Source: a virus. Taken from it: DNA of 64,000 nucleotides. The position numbers and the translations under genes are program-made. The notes under the pieces are model-generated. The model had not been told where the DNA came from. It saw only the letters and a program-made list of their open reading frames with translations, and searched no databases. Shown here one piece after another: positions 1-8,800 of the stretch (the first letter of the stretch is position 1; every line of letters begins with the position of its first letter). Where the stretch lies: the IMG/VR virus record IMGVR_UViG_3300021364_000001, positions 64,001 to 128,000 of that record. The stretch is one strand, 5' to 3'.

Positions 1-278
1 AGCGAACGAACCATATAAATCTTTTCGTACGGAGACTCAGGATCTAACACCTGCTGCATAGCGAGGTAGAGACTAATGAAAGTCTTACCTGTACCAGCGG
101 CACCATGTAGCACCAGATTCTTCCCCTCAGCATATGCATTGAACACCTTCTCCTGATTATCAGTCAGGGGTTCGATAGTTTTAAGGTGATCAAGGTTGAT
201 CGGTTTCTTCCGTCTCATTTGCTTGGCAGTCATACCATTCATGTTCGGAGTCTTCTGACGCTTTCTTGCTGCTGGCAT
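1..278 (-). CDS. phoH: PhoH-family ATPase, 5' part (truncated by window edge)
   Basis: Manual translation MPAARKRQKTPNMNGM...KTIEPLTDNQEKVF...LVLHGAAGTGKTFISLY; Walker A motif with the typical phage PhoH N-terminus. Confidence 0.9.
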   Translation of the reverse strand, partial: MPAARKRQKTPNMNGMTAKQMRRKKPINLDHLKTIEPLTDNQEKVFNAYAEGKNLVLHGAAGTGKTFISLYLAMQQVLDPESPYEKIYMVRS

Positions 279-279
279 A

Positions 280-510
280 TCAAGTGTATCGTGAAAGGTT
301 AGCACCAGGGTGAGCCTGTTGGATCTTGGACATCACATCCTTGAATCCATCCGACTGCTTTGGTTTACCATAGGTAGTACCGTTGGTTTGATTACCAAGA
401 TACCGTTCTAGTTCTGGATGCTCTGCCTTGTATTTATCAAGGTCATGTATGGACATCCTGACTTCGGTGATCTCGTTAGTTTCTTTGTTTCTAAACTCGT
501 AGGTAGGCAT
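280..510 (-). CDS. Conserved small protein (FmdB-like, MPTYEF N-terminus)
   Basis: MPTYEFRNKETNE start; usual position upstream of phoH in T4-like phages. Confidence 0.65.
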   Translation of the reverse strand: MPTYEFRNKETNEITEVRMSIHDLDKYKAEHPELERYLGNQTNGTTYGKPKQSDGFKDVMSKIQQAHPGANLSRYT

Positions 511-512
511 TG

Positions 513-707
513 TTACTTCCTATTCTGTGGTTGTGCAATGGCACAGATGTACTTTGCCGATGGCATGTCTGCCTCGAAAAGTTTCTTTGCCTCATTCTGA
601 GATGCTGCCATGACTTTCTTGAAGTGATGACGATTTCCTGTGCTGTTCAGGGTGTAGGTAATCTGATAGGGATACTGTTTCATGGTGTGCTCAATGTGAT
701 GGGTCAT
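513..707 (-). CDS. Hypothetical protein
   Basis: 64-aa ORF packed between its neighbours. Confidence 0.6.
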   Translation of the reverse strand: MTHHIEHTMKQYPYQITYTLNSTGNRHHFKKVMAASQNEAKKLFEADMPSAKYICAIAQPQNRK

Positions 708-855
708 TAGATTTCACAAACTCTTCACGAATCTTTTGTTTGATCCAACCAGACCGCGACTGGTAGGTCTCTTTCCTACCTTGGTCCAGAAGTTCTAGAA
801 GTTCTAGTTCATCTTGTCCGAAAGAAATGCAGACAGTTTTGTTTGTTCTAGTCAT
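691..855 (-). CDS. Small ribbon-helix-helix-like DNA-binding protein
   Basis: TVCISF beta strand followed by two helices (ELLELLDQ..SRSGWIKQKIRE); ATG at 855 overlaps the thyX stop (ATGA). Confidence 0.5.
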   Translation of the reverse strand: MTRTNKTVCISFGQDELELLELLDQGRKETYQSRSGWIKQKIREEFVKSNDPSH

Positions 856-1553
856 GGTATAAGAAGTGCAGATTGGTAACAAGGATCATCATTCTCAGGG
901 CAGTCACAGTCAGAAGCACACCAACCCAATGCCTCAGCAACAGTCGGGAACTGACATACAAAGTGACGCTTACAGAGTTCAGCGATCTCCATGTGTTCTT
1001 TCTGTGTACCATTAGCAGTACGCAGATTGATATAATGGATCCATGATCTGAGATTTCCCGTCATGTAGAGTTTTGTTCCTACGGCGAGGGGAAGCACGAA
1101 GCGAGCACACTCCTTTGCAATATCATCTTCAAGCATCTGTTGATAGAGTTCCATACCACGCTTGAAGTAATCTTGCATGAGGATCTCATACTTCTGAACC
1201 AGAAAAGGATCCAGGTCATCGATACTATTCTGCCTGTTCTTGGTGTCTTGACGACGCAGTTGAGGCAGTTGGATGTCACCCAGTGCAGACGAGTCTGCAT
1301 ACCGTTGGGAAAACTCTTGGAAGCAGAACGAACGGTGCCTCAGAATTTGAGCCGCCAGTCCCCTGGTAGTCTCAATCTGCAACGTCATACTTGCCTGCTC
1401 AAACACAGACCAATGTCCATGCTTGATGCAATACTTCAACAGACCAGCAACCTTAGGGTTGTCCTGGTTTGCTGGGTTGCTTACGCGAGCAATGTAACCA
1501 ATGGTTTTCTCTGCATCAGGAGTGACAGAGACAAGACATACTTTTGCTTTCAT
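852..1553 (-). CDS. thyX: FAD-dependent thymidylate synthase
   Basis: RHRSFCFQEFSQRY motif; likely start MKAKVCL at 1553. Confidence 0.97.
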   Translation of the reverse strand: MKAKVCLVSVTPDAEKTIGYIARVSNPANQDNPKVAGLLKYCIKHGHWSVFEQASMTLQIETTRGLAAQILRHRSFCFQEFSQRYADSSALGDIQLPQLRRQDTKNRQNSIDDLDPFLVQKYEILMQDYFKRGMELYQQMLEDDIAKECARFVLPLAVGTKLYMTGNLRSWIHYINLRTANGTQKEHMEIAELCKRHFVCQFPTVAEALGWCASDCDCPENDDPCYQSALLIP

Positions 1554-1792
1554 TTTATAAGAAGACGCGAGACGATGTACAGTCCTAAGGATTGAAGATA
1601 TCCTATCATAGGTAGTCCAAAGATGGCAGGCATCGAAACATTCCACGCTGCCCAGATAACAAACGGAGCAACAATCATTCCACCAAGGAAACCAAGGGTA
1701 GTAAGTGCCACCATCTTACTATCTTGATCAGTCCAAGGTTGTTCTTCTTCATCAGGTTTCTTGATGTTGAAGGTATACATGGAGTTTTTCAT
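1550..1792 (-). CDS. Hypothetical membrane protein
   Basis: Two hydrophobic segments; overlaps its neighbours by 4 nt. Confidence 0.65.
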   Translation of the reverse strand: MKNSMYTFNIKKPDEEEQPWTDQDSKMVALTTLGFLGGMIVAPFVIWAAWNVSMPAIFGLPMIGYLQSLGLYIVSRLLIK

Positions 1793-2061
1793 TTCTTTTT
1801 CTTGTCCTTTTGCTGTGCCCCATACAGTTTAGGATTAACTCTTCCTTCTGTCTGGGTCATGTTTACAAAGTCATGGCGGTAATGATCCCAATAATGATCA
1901 AAGATGTCTACTCTCTTAGGAGCAACAGCAATGTCAAACTTGGTCATACCATCCAAGGTATATTCAATCAAGTAGGCAGTGTAAGGCAAGGACCTGTCTT
2001 GACTCAATGATGGGTCACAGTCCTCGAAGAGTATCTTAATCTTCAAGAGCGATTGCCCCAC
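1789..2061 (-). CDS. Conserved cyanophage hypothetical protein
   Basis: KILFEDCDP..LPYTAYL motif; probable TTG start at 2046 overlapping the upstream stop. Confidence 0.7.
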   Translation of the reverse strand: MGQSLLKIKILFEDCDPSLSQDRSLPYTAYLIEYTLDGMTKFDIAVAPKRVDIFDHYWDHYRHDFVNMTQTEGRVNPKLYGAQQKDKKKK

Positions 2062-2474
2062 TGAATGCTAGGAAATGCCTCAGTGACACATGCTTTGGTG
2101 ACTTTATACTTCTTACCAAGAGTCTTATCCTTGGCAGCAATGACAACCTCTGCCTCATCAGGATGCAGTCCTTCGAGCAGTTGAATGAACATCTGCTCAC
2201 GCTTCATGCCACTGATGTTAGATCCACCCTTGAAGAAGTGGTGGAGGATACGTGCTTCATGTTCCAGTCGTGTGTGCTCAGTGCCAGCAGGTGCTTCGTT
2301 CTTGTTGTATGGAGGAGCACCCTCGGGCAGCATGGACACGATGGATTCATCGTAGTTGATGATCAGAATAGATTTAAGTGCTTGACTTACGTTGTCTTGC
2401 AGGATCTTAATCTTTTCTGCCTTAGTCTTTGCGCTGTGTGCCTTTTGCAGGACTTCGGAGATTAACAGTTTCAT
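2043..2474 (-). CDS. Conserved T4-like hypothetical protein
   Basis: MKLLISEVLQK..LPEGAPPY..REQMFIQLLEGLHPDEA; typically downstream of rnh. Confidence 0.8.
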   Translation of the reverse strand: MKLLISEVLQKAHSAKTKAEKIKILQDNVSQALKSILIINYDESIVSMLPEGAPPYNKNEAPAGTEHTRLEHEARILHHFFKGGSNISGMKREQMFIQLLEGLHPDEAEVVIAAKDKTLGKKYKVTKACVTEAFPSIQWGNRS

Positions 2475-2475
2475 T

Positions 2476-3351
2476 TCAAAAGTCAGTGATGTGATCTAGC
2501 ATTTCGGTCAACTCATGTCTACCGAAGTAGACATACATCTGTCCTCGACCAGGAGGTTCAGTAGTTTCAAATGTATTTATGATGTTGGCATTGACCTCAT
2601 CAGGAATGCATTCAAAGTCAATGAGTTTACGATTGCGTTCGTAGTTCTGTGCAGTTACATCATCGCAGAACTGTTCGGGAGACATGTCCAACCACCGTTC
2701 AACTTTTACTTTGGACAGTGGACGTTGACGTTTGCCAGCAACGAAGGTGTCATCATCAGACAGATAGTTGGGGATACCATCTCCTCTGTCACCTTTGATG
2801 ATGTGCTCCAAGAGATACTTCTTGGGGTCTTCGCACATGACAAACTTCTTCTGGATAGGATTGTACTGTGAGACAAACTTATACCGTTGGAGTTGTTGAA
2901 AGTCTTTGTCTCCACTCATGATGAGGACTTTCTGTGGTGGTTGCATGTTGTTCTGCAACCTGATGTTACGGTATGCTTGGTCTTTTACAAGGGATGCAAT
3001 GACATCATCTGCCTCAGCACCATCGACTTCGATAACCTTGTAAGGAAGATTCTCTTTGATCTCGTCACGAATACGATTCAAGACTTCAAAGATCTCATTC
3101 CAATCCAGAGAAGACTTCTCTCGATCTTTCTTGCGTGTGCCTTTATAGTAGGGAAACTCTTTGCGTCGCCAGTAATGCTTGCTGTCATAACAAAGGACCA
3201 GTTCACCATACTCCTTACCAAACTTAGAGCGATAGAATCGCAATGAGTTCAGTACCATATGGCGGACTAGTCCTTCGCTGATAGTCTGACTGGTTGACAA
3301 AGAAACCATCAGGTTGCTGATGCTAACCTGATTCATATCAACAAGGATCAT
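2476..3351 (-). CDS. rnh: T4-type RNase H (5'-3' exonuclease)
   Basis: ILVDMNQ, EADDVIA, SGDKDFQQL and GDRGDGIPN motifs. Confidence 0.95.
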   Translation of the reverse strand: MILVDMNQVSISNLMVSLSTSQTISEGLVRHMVLNSLRFYRSKFGKEYGELVLCYDSKHYWRRKEFPYYKGTRKKDREKSSLDWNEIFEVLNRIRDEIKENLPYKVIEVDGAEADDVIASLVKDQAYRNIRLQNNMQPPQKVLIMSGDKDFQQLQRYKFVSQYNPIQKKFVMCEDPKKYLLEHIIKGDRGDGIPNYLSDDDTFVAGKRQRPLSKVKVERWLDMSPEQFCDDVTAQNYERNRKLIDFECIPDEVNANIINTFETTEPPGRGQMYVYFGRHELTEMLDHITDF

Positions 3352-3357
3352 TAGACC

Positions 3358-3597
3358 TCAATCGTCTTCGTCAAACATCATATCATCTTCGTCGTCGATG
3401 TGCAAGTAGATCAGAGGCTGATCAGTCAGTTCTCCGTTCTCGTCGTACATCTCAGGGTGCATAGCAATCTTGGCATACTCTGCACGGTCAACCCACACAT
3501 CAAAGATATGCTTTAAGTTCCAGGATGCCAAGAATCCCAGAACAAAACTTCCGATAGTGAGGAAGAAAGCAATGTAAAGAAATGAAGCATCTGCCAT
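3358..3597 (-). CDS. Hypothetical membrane protein
   Basis: N-terminal TM helix, acidic tail, AGGAGG RBS upstream. Confidence 0.75.
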   Translation of the reverse strand: MADASFLYIAFFLTIGSFVLGFLASWNLKHIFDVWVDRAEYAKIAMHPEMYDENGELTDQPLIYLHIDDEDDMMFDEDD

Positions 3598-3616
3598 GGC
3601 GTTCCTCCTATGTGGT

Positions 3617-3784
3617 CTAAGTATTTATGGGAGAATCCAGATAATTCTCTGAATATGCTACGTCCCACAACTCAGTGAGGATAGTTTCATACTCTTTGTA
3701 TGCTGTACCATCCACAATGCTGTTCACTTGCTTAGCACGAACAGCATCGTAGATAAGTTTCCACTGATGATGATTCAGATTCAT
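3617..3784 (-). CDS. Small hypothetical protein (55 aa, not in ORF track)
   Basis: Manual translation MNLNHHQWKLIYDAVRAKQV...DSPINT; fills the gap, ATGA overlap with the upstream stop. Confidence 0.6.
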   Translation of the reverse strand: MNLNHHQWKLIYDAVRAKQVNSIVDGTAYKEYETILTELWDVAYSENYLDSPINT

Positions 3785-4152
3785 TTCTTTTTCACTTTGG
3801 TTCCAGGTTTGCGTCCTGGTTTACGCTCTGCATGATAATCCCAAGCATCCTTCAAGATACCATAGAGATAGTCCTTGATCTTTCTTGCTTTGGGTTTGGG
3901 TAGGTAACCATACGCTTCACGTAGGGTCTTATCACCACCCTTGATATACTCTTCCAGTTCTAAGACAAGGAAGTTTAGGTTAGCAGCACACTGACTTTCA
4001 ATAAACTCATTGGTCTGTCGTCGTGTCCACTTGTTTGTTTTTAAGTATGGGTACAATCTGAACAGGAACTTCTGCTCAGTCATGGCAAGATCTATGGACT
4101 TGTCCACGAGTTCATATAGTTCCTGTTCATTATGCTGAGTCATCAGAGGCAC
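3781..4152 (-). CDS. Conserved cyanophage hypothetical protein
   Basis: LEEYIKGGDKTLREAYGYLPKPKARKIKDYL motif. Confidence 0.75.
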   Translation of the reverse strand: MPLMTQHNEQELYELVDKSIDLAMTEQKFLFRLYPYLKTNKWTRRQTNEFIESQCAANLNFLVLELEEYIKGGDKTLREAYGYLPKPKARKIKDYLYGILKDAWDYHAERKPGRKPGTKVKKK

Positions 4153-4394
4153 TTGTTCTCACGAAGATAGGCAATCGACTCGGTGCATCCACCGATCTTG
4201 TTCCCATTGATCAGAACCTGAGGGAAGGTAGCACGTTGACCAAACTCCTGTCGGAACTGGTCACGAGTGAAGTTCTGATCGAGAACGAGTTCACTATACT
4301 GCCAACCTCGCATCCTGTAAACCTCTTTGATCTTTGTGCAGTAGGGACACCCAGGACGAGTGTAGATAACTGTACCACCAGGATTCTTAGCCAT
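4143..4394 (-). CDS. nrdC: Glutaredoxin
   Basis: CPYC active site, TFPQV and IGGC motifs. Confidence 0.93.
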   Translation of the reverse strand: MAKNPGGTVIYTRPGCPYCTKIKEVYRMRGWQYSELVLDQNFTRDQFRQEFGQRATFPQVLINGNKIGGCTESIAYLRENKCL

Positions 4395-4414
4395 AATAAT
4401 TTCAGGTAGAGATT

Positions 4415-4436
4415 AAAAAAGGGGACCGAAGTCCCC
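4415..4436 (-). terminator. Rho-independent terminator
   Basis: GGGGAC-TTCG-GTCCCC followed by a T-run on the minus strand. Confidence 0.85.
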
Positions 4437-4464
4437 TTTATATATTATATCAACGCGATTGGGA

Positions 4465-4836
4465 TCAGAAGGAATACTTCACACCCAGTTTACCGCCGTA
4501 GCCACGGTCGATGTCGCTGTCGCCAGAACCAACGAAGGAGACTTCACCATAGACGCCCAGGGACTCGGTAGCAGCGATGCCAATACCAGCCTTACCAGAA
4601 GGAACGGTGTCATCAGCAGCACCATCGGGAGCCAGGTAGGTAGCACCACCTTGGACGTACCAGGAAGCAGACTCACCCAGGGCACCCTCGTAGCCTACGT
4701 GGAAATCTGTCGCGGCACCGTTGTAGTCCGTGCCAGTCCAACCAGCATTGGTTTCCACGTTGACGTAGGGACCTGCAAGGGCAGCAGCAGGAGCGAAAGC
4801 AAGAGCAGCAGCGGCTGCGAAAGCAGTTTTGATCAT
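4465..4836 (-). CDS. Small outer-membrane beta-barrel (porin-like) protein
   Basis: Sec signal (AAAAALAFAPAAALA), alternating beta strands, C-terminal GVKYSF. Confidence 0.75.
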   Translation of the reverse strand: MIKTAFAAAAALAFAPAAALAGPYVNVETNAGWTGTDYNGAATDFHVGYEGALGESASWYVQGGATYLAPDGAADDTVPSGKAGIGIAATESLGVYGEVSFVGSGDSDIDRGYGGKLGVKYSF

Positions 4837-4851
4837 TGTTGTTTACCTTAG

Positions 4852-4902
4852 TTACTTGCGGAATGGTTACCCGCAGATGGATAGGGACTCGACTTGTCCC
4901 GT
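4852..4902 (-). promoter_or_regulatory. Structured 5' leader of the OMP gene
   Basis: Two hairpins on the minus strand: GGGAC/GTCCC and TGCGG/CCGCA. Confidence 0.5.
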
Positions 4903-4980
4903 TTGTTACAGACCGTTAAGTCTTAACGGTATATGTATAATACCACAGACTTCAAAATCGTTTGCCTTGTGACAGTTGAG

Positions 4981-5526
4981 TTAGGAAAACGTAACAACCA
5001 ACACAATTCGACGACCAGATGTCGGTGGAATCATACAATGCATACCATCAAAGACAACGATGTCGTCCTCTTTGGGGTGATGCATGTCTCGAACCAGATC
5101 GGTTCGTTCAGTAAGTATAGTAGGTCCCCCTGCGTCTGTCAAGTACACGATCAGATTCTTGTGGGGGAACTGGTGGTCCACATGAGGTGGGGTCATCTTG
5201 TCAGACCCAGGGTGGACTAGGTTGGCATTGACTCGGTACAGACAGTTCACAGGGATCTGATTGTACTCAAAGATCTCCTCAATAGCAGGATAGATCTTCT
5301 GGAAATGATTGGATGCAGGTGTGGGGAACAGAGTGCCAGAGATATTCTCCCACTTAGGACGTGCTAGCAGGACGTGACTGTAAAATCCATCCTGATTGAA
5401 GTCACTGAGTTCTGAGTTCTTTACTGTGAAGTCTGTCCAAAACCAAGGGAAGTCATTACCAATGATGAATCGTTTCATCTCTCGATACTGTAAGGTATCG
5501 GGAGCCTTATATAAAGTAAAGGTCAT
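4981..5526 (-). CDS. 2OG-Fe(II) oxygenase
   Basis: PHVDH..IVYL..H..RRIVLV (HxD...H...R). Confidence 0.8.
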   Translation of the reverse strand: MTFTLYKAPDTLQYREMKRFIIGNDFPWFWTDFTVKNSELSDFNQDGFYSHVLLARPKWENISGTLFPTPASNHFQKIYPAIEEIFEYNQIPVNCLYRVNANLVHPGSDKMTPPHVDHQFPHKNLIVYLTDAGGPTILTERTDLVRDMHHPKEDDIVVFDGMHCMIPPTSGRRIVLVVTFS

Positions 5527-5882
5527 TCTTTCCTCAGAGCATTACGAATTTGTTCAACTTGTTCTGGTGTTGGTTCTTGGTCCACCACAATAGGTTCCTC
5601 GGGCATGTCAGGTACGACCTGTTTAAGTTCTTCCATTGCCAGAGGAACGTTCTCCAACAGTTCTGGATCCTGTTCGAGACGATCCATCTCACCCAACCAA
5701 CCATAGTGATACTTCTTCCACGCTTTGAGCATCTTCTTACGACCCTTAGGATCGTCAGGATACTTGCGTAGAATCTTTTGTAGACCTGTCAGTTTCTTGA
5801 CACCATCTACAATCATACGATCTGTGTTCTTAGATCTACCACCGTTACCAGGACGGTCAGACCAACCAAAACCTTCTGACAT
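5523..5882 (-). CDS. Hypothetical protein
   Basis: 119-aa ORF coupled to both neighbours. Confidence 0.7.
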   Translation of the reverse strand: MSEGFGWSDRPGNGGRSKNTDRMIVDGVKKLTGLQKILRKYPDDPKGRKKMLKAWKKYHYGWLGEMDRLEQDPELLENVPLAMEELKQVVPDMPEEPIVVDQEPTPEQVEQIRNALRKE

Positions 5883-8800
5883 TAGTAAACTTCCTCAATT
5901 TCGATTCTAAATTTAACACGGTCCTTCTTCTTCTGGCAAAGATACCAGATGTTAGAACTCCTGTTGTGCGATTCTTGATAGAACACTGCCTTAGGTGAGT
6001 AAGAGTTGTTGTATCTATCATCAGGATCTTCACCCACAGTTTGTACTCTAATCTTCTTAGGTAATTTATCTGGGTGACCAGGTAAAACATTAGCACCTAC
6101 GTCCCTAGGGTTGTAAGGTGTTACAGAACCTGCCATCGCTGGAAAAGCATCTGCCTCGGCTTCTCGGGGTGGCCATACTAAGTCGAACGTCTGTCCAACA
6201 CCATATGCATACCCTTCATTGAGAACATCCATGATCTCAACACCACATGCCCAGTAGATAGAGTTAGAGTATCTCTGAGTACCCGCAGGCAAGTGAGATG
6301 GCATCACTGTATATGGCCAGAATGCCACACGTATCTTACCACTGCCGCCAGAATCTGTCGAGTTCTGGTTAGCACCATACTCACCCAGTCGATAGTCATG
6401 CATGAATGACATCTTACTGTACTGCCCATTGCCACCCACTGTATTGCCTTTTGGATATCCACTGCCACCTTGGTTGATACCATTAGCATAGTATTGATCA
6501 ATGACACCCATGACGTTGTTGAAATTGGTAGAACTACCTGCCTTGAACTGGGTGAACCATGCCATGAAACCATGGGTGTTAGACATGTGTACATATGTCC
6601 TGAGGTTATCATTATCCAGAACTGGTTTACAGATGAGACCTCTACCATATTCAAACAGTGCATTGTAATAGATACCACGACCACCTCTGACGTTTGGATT
6701 GCCATTGAATTTTCCTTCACCATCGATGTTAGAACTCAGGACATGTCCACGTCGGTTATCATTTCTCTCATAGAAGTTACCGTTGTAACCCTGATTGTCT
6801 GCCCACTCTTGACCATCGTAGTAGATGTCATTCCACTCTACTGACTGACCATTGGTGAGGTTAGCATTAGTATCTAACTGACCCTGATCCCAGACATAAA
6901 CCTTCGGAGTCCATTGTCTTCTAGGTTTATCCCAGAGACGAATAGAAAGTCTCTTGATTCTACCACCAGCAGAGATGCTACCACCAGTGTAGTCACCAAT
7001 CCTAGGACTATTAGAGGTTACCTCAGTCCTACCCATTGCCTCACCTGTGATAGGTGTGGTGCCAATGTCATACTGCCATGGTTTCTCGAAGACTTTATCG
7101 TCTCGGTCATAGATGATCCAGGAGACAGTAGAGATGCCTGCACTAGGACCACGTTTGATATCATCAATCTCAAACTCTAACTTATCGCCCTTGACAACAG
7201 AGAAGTCACCAAAGTTATGACCGATTGCTGGCCATGCTCCGATAGGTCCTTCGTAATTAATGATAGTAGATCCGTTCTTCTTCAACTTGAATCTGAATCT
7301 AATCTCTTCACTCTCAACAGATCGAATGAGGAGACCGAATGCTTTCAGACTGAGGTTAGCAGAGCGTCTACAACGGACAGTTTGTCTCCTGTAAAACTCG
7401 TGAGCATACTCACCACGACATTTACCAGAGTTTGACTGGTACTTCTCAGTGTTCTTATTAGGTGGTGTCTTGGGTCCACACTTAGAACGCATGACCATAC
7501 CCTGCTCAAACGCTTTGTTGAATAGTGGTTCAGAGCATTGATCTCTGACAAGGATGTCAATCAGTTCTGGTTCAGGTGCTGGTCGATCATACACATAGCA
7601 TTCAATACCTTCATACTTCCAAGTGGAACCAGGGTGTGCGACACGGTAGTACAGTTTGAAATCATCATAGTCTTCATCACTATCAGAACCATGAAGATCT
7701 TCCCACCACTGCTCACCAGGACCATGGAACTTCACCTTGTTTCTCTGGTCAGGATTCATCTTCTGGTTAGAGAAGAAGACCCAGTTACCCTCAACAGAGG
7801 CAGGGTGTTGATATGCATTACCATTCTTAGAGAAGGAGATGCTAGATCCATTGCTACCAACACCACCATTACCATCAGGAATCAGGAAGAACAAGATGTC
7901 CTTACCTGCATACTGCTTCAAGGTACTCACAGGGATGGTGTACTGAGTGTACTCAATGTCCCTCGTGGTGTTTGCTTCGATAACTCTCGCCCAGTGGACT
8001 TGACCACCATCTCTATCAGCAATACAGACACCCCAACTATTCTCGTACCCAGCAGATCCTTCCTTCACACTATATTGAATAGTAAAAGGAACATCAGCGT
8101 CACTAGGAATAGTAAATGACTGTCTTTTGTTATCAAACTTAGGCGGCGTCATGCTGCCTTGCATCTTCACAATGGAATACTTGTGATCAGTTGCAGTGCT
8201 GGGTCCAGGTTTGGTGCTACCGATAAACAGAGAAGCATTACAGTCACTACCAGAACCATCAAAGAGACAGAGTTTCTTACCGTTGTCTTGTACGCTAAGA
8301 CCTTGGAGTCCAGTGTAATTAACATTGATAGTCTGACCAGCAGTGACATTCAGAGAGACACCTTTGCTTCCCTTCTCCCCCTTTCGAGTGACAGTTTGTC
8401 CTTGTCCGAAGTCAATGGTCTTGAAGGACACACCCGAGTTACCAGGATCATCATCCCACTGCACGTTGACTTTCAGTTGACCACTACCATTACCACCAAC
8501 AACAATGTTTCCACTGCTGTTGAAGGTCGCACTGATCTCTGCCTTGCCACCGTTGTAGTAACGATGCAGTTCCTGAATCCTTTCACCTTCCAGGAGGTTT
8601 CCAGACGCGAGATCCTTGTTCGGGAACACATACCCCAGAACTATATCAAGCACCTGACCTGCTGCATCCATGGTGGCACGTTCACCAGGACCCTTGGAGT
8701 CAGGAGCACCAGGATTGATGGTCAGGAACGTGTCCTGTGTGGTCTCAGAGTAGGAACGGAACAGGGGCACGGTCCCTTTCACCCTTTCTTTCAGGATATA

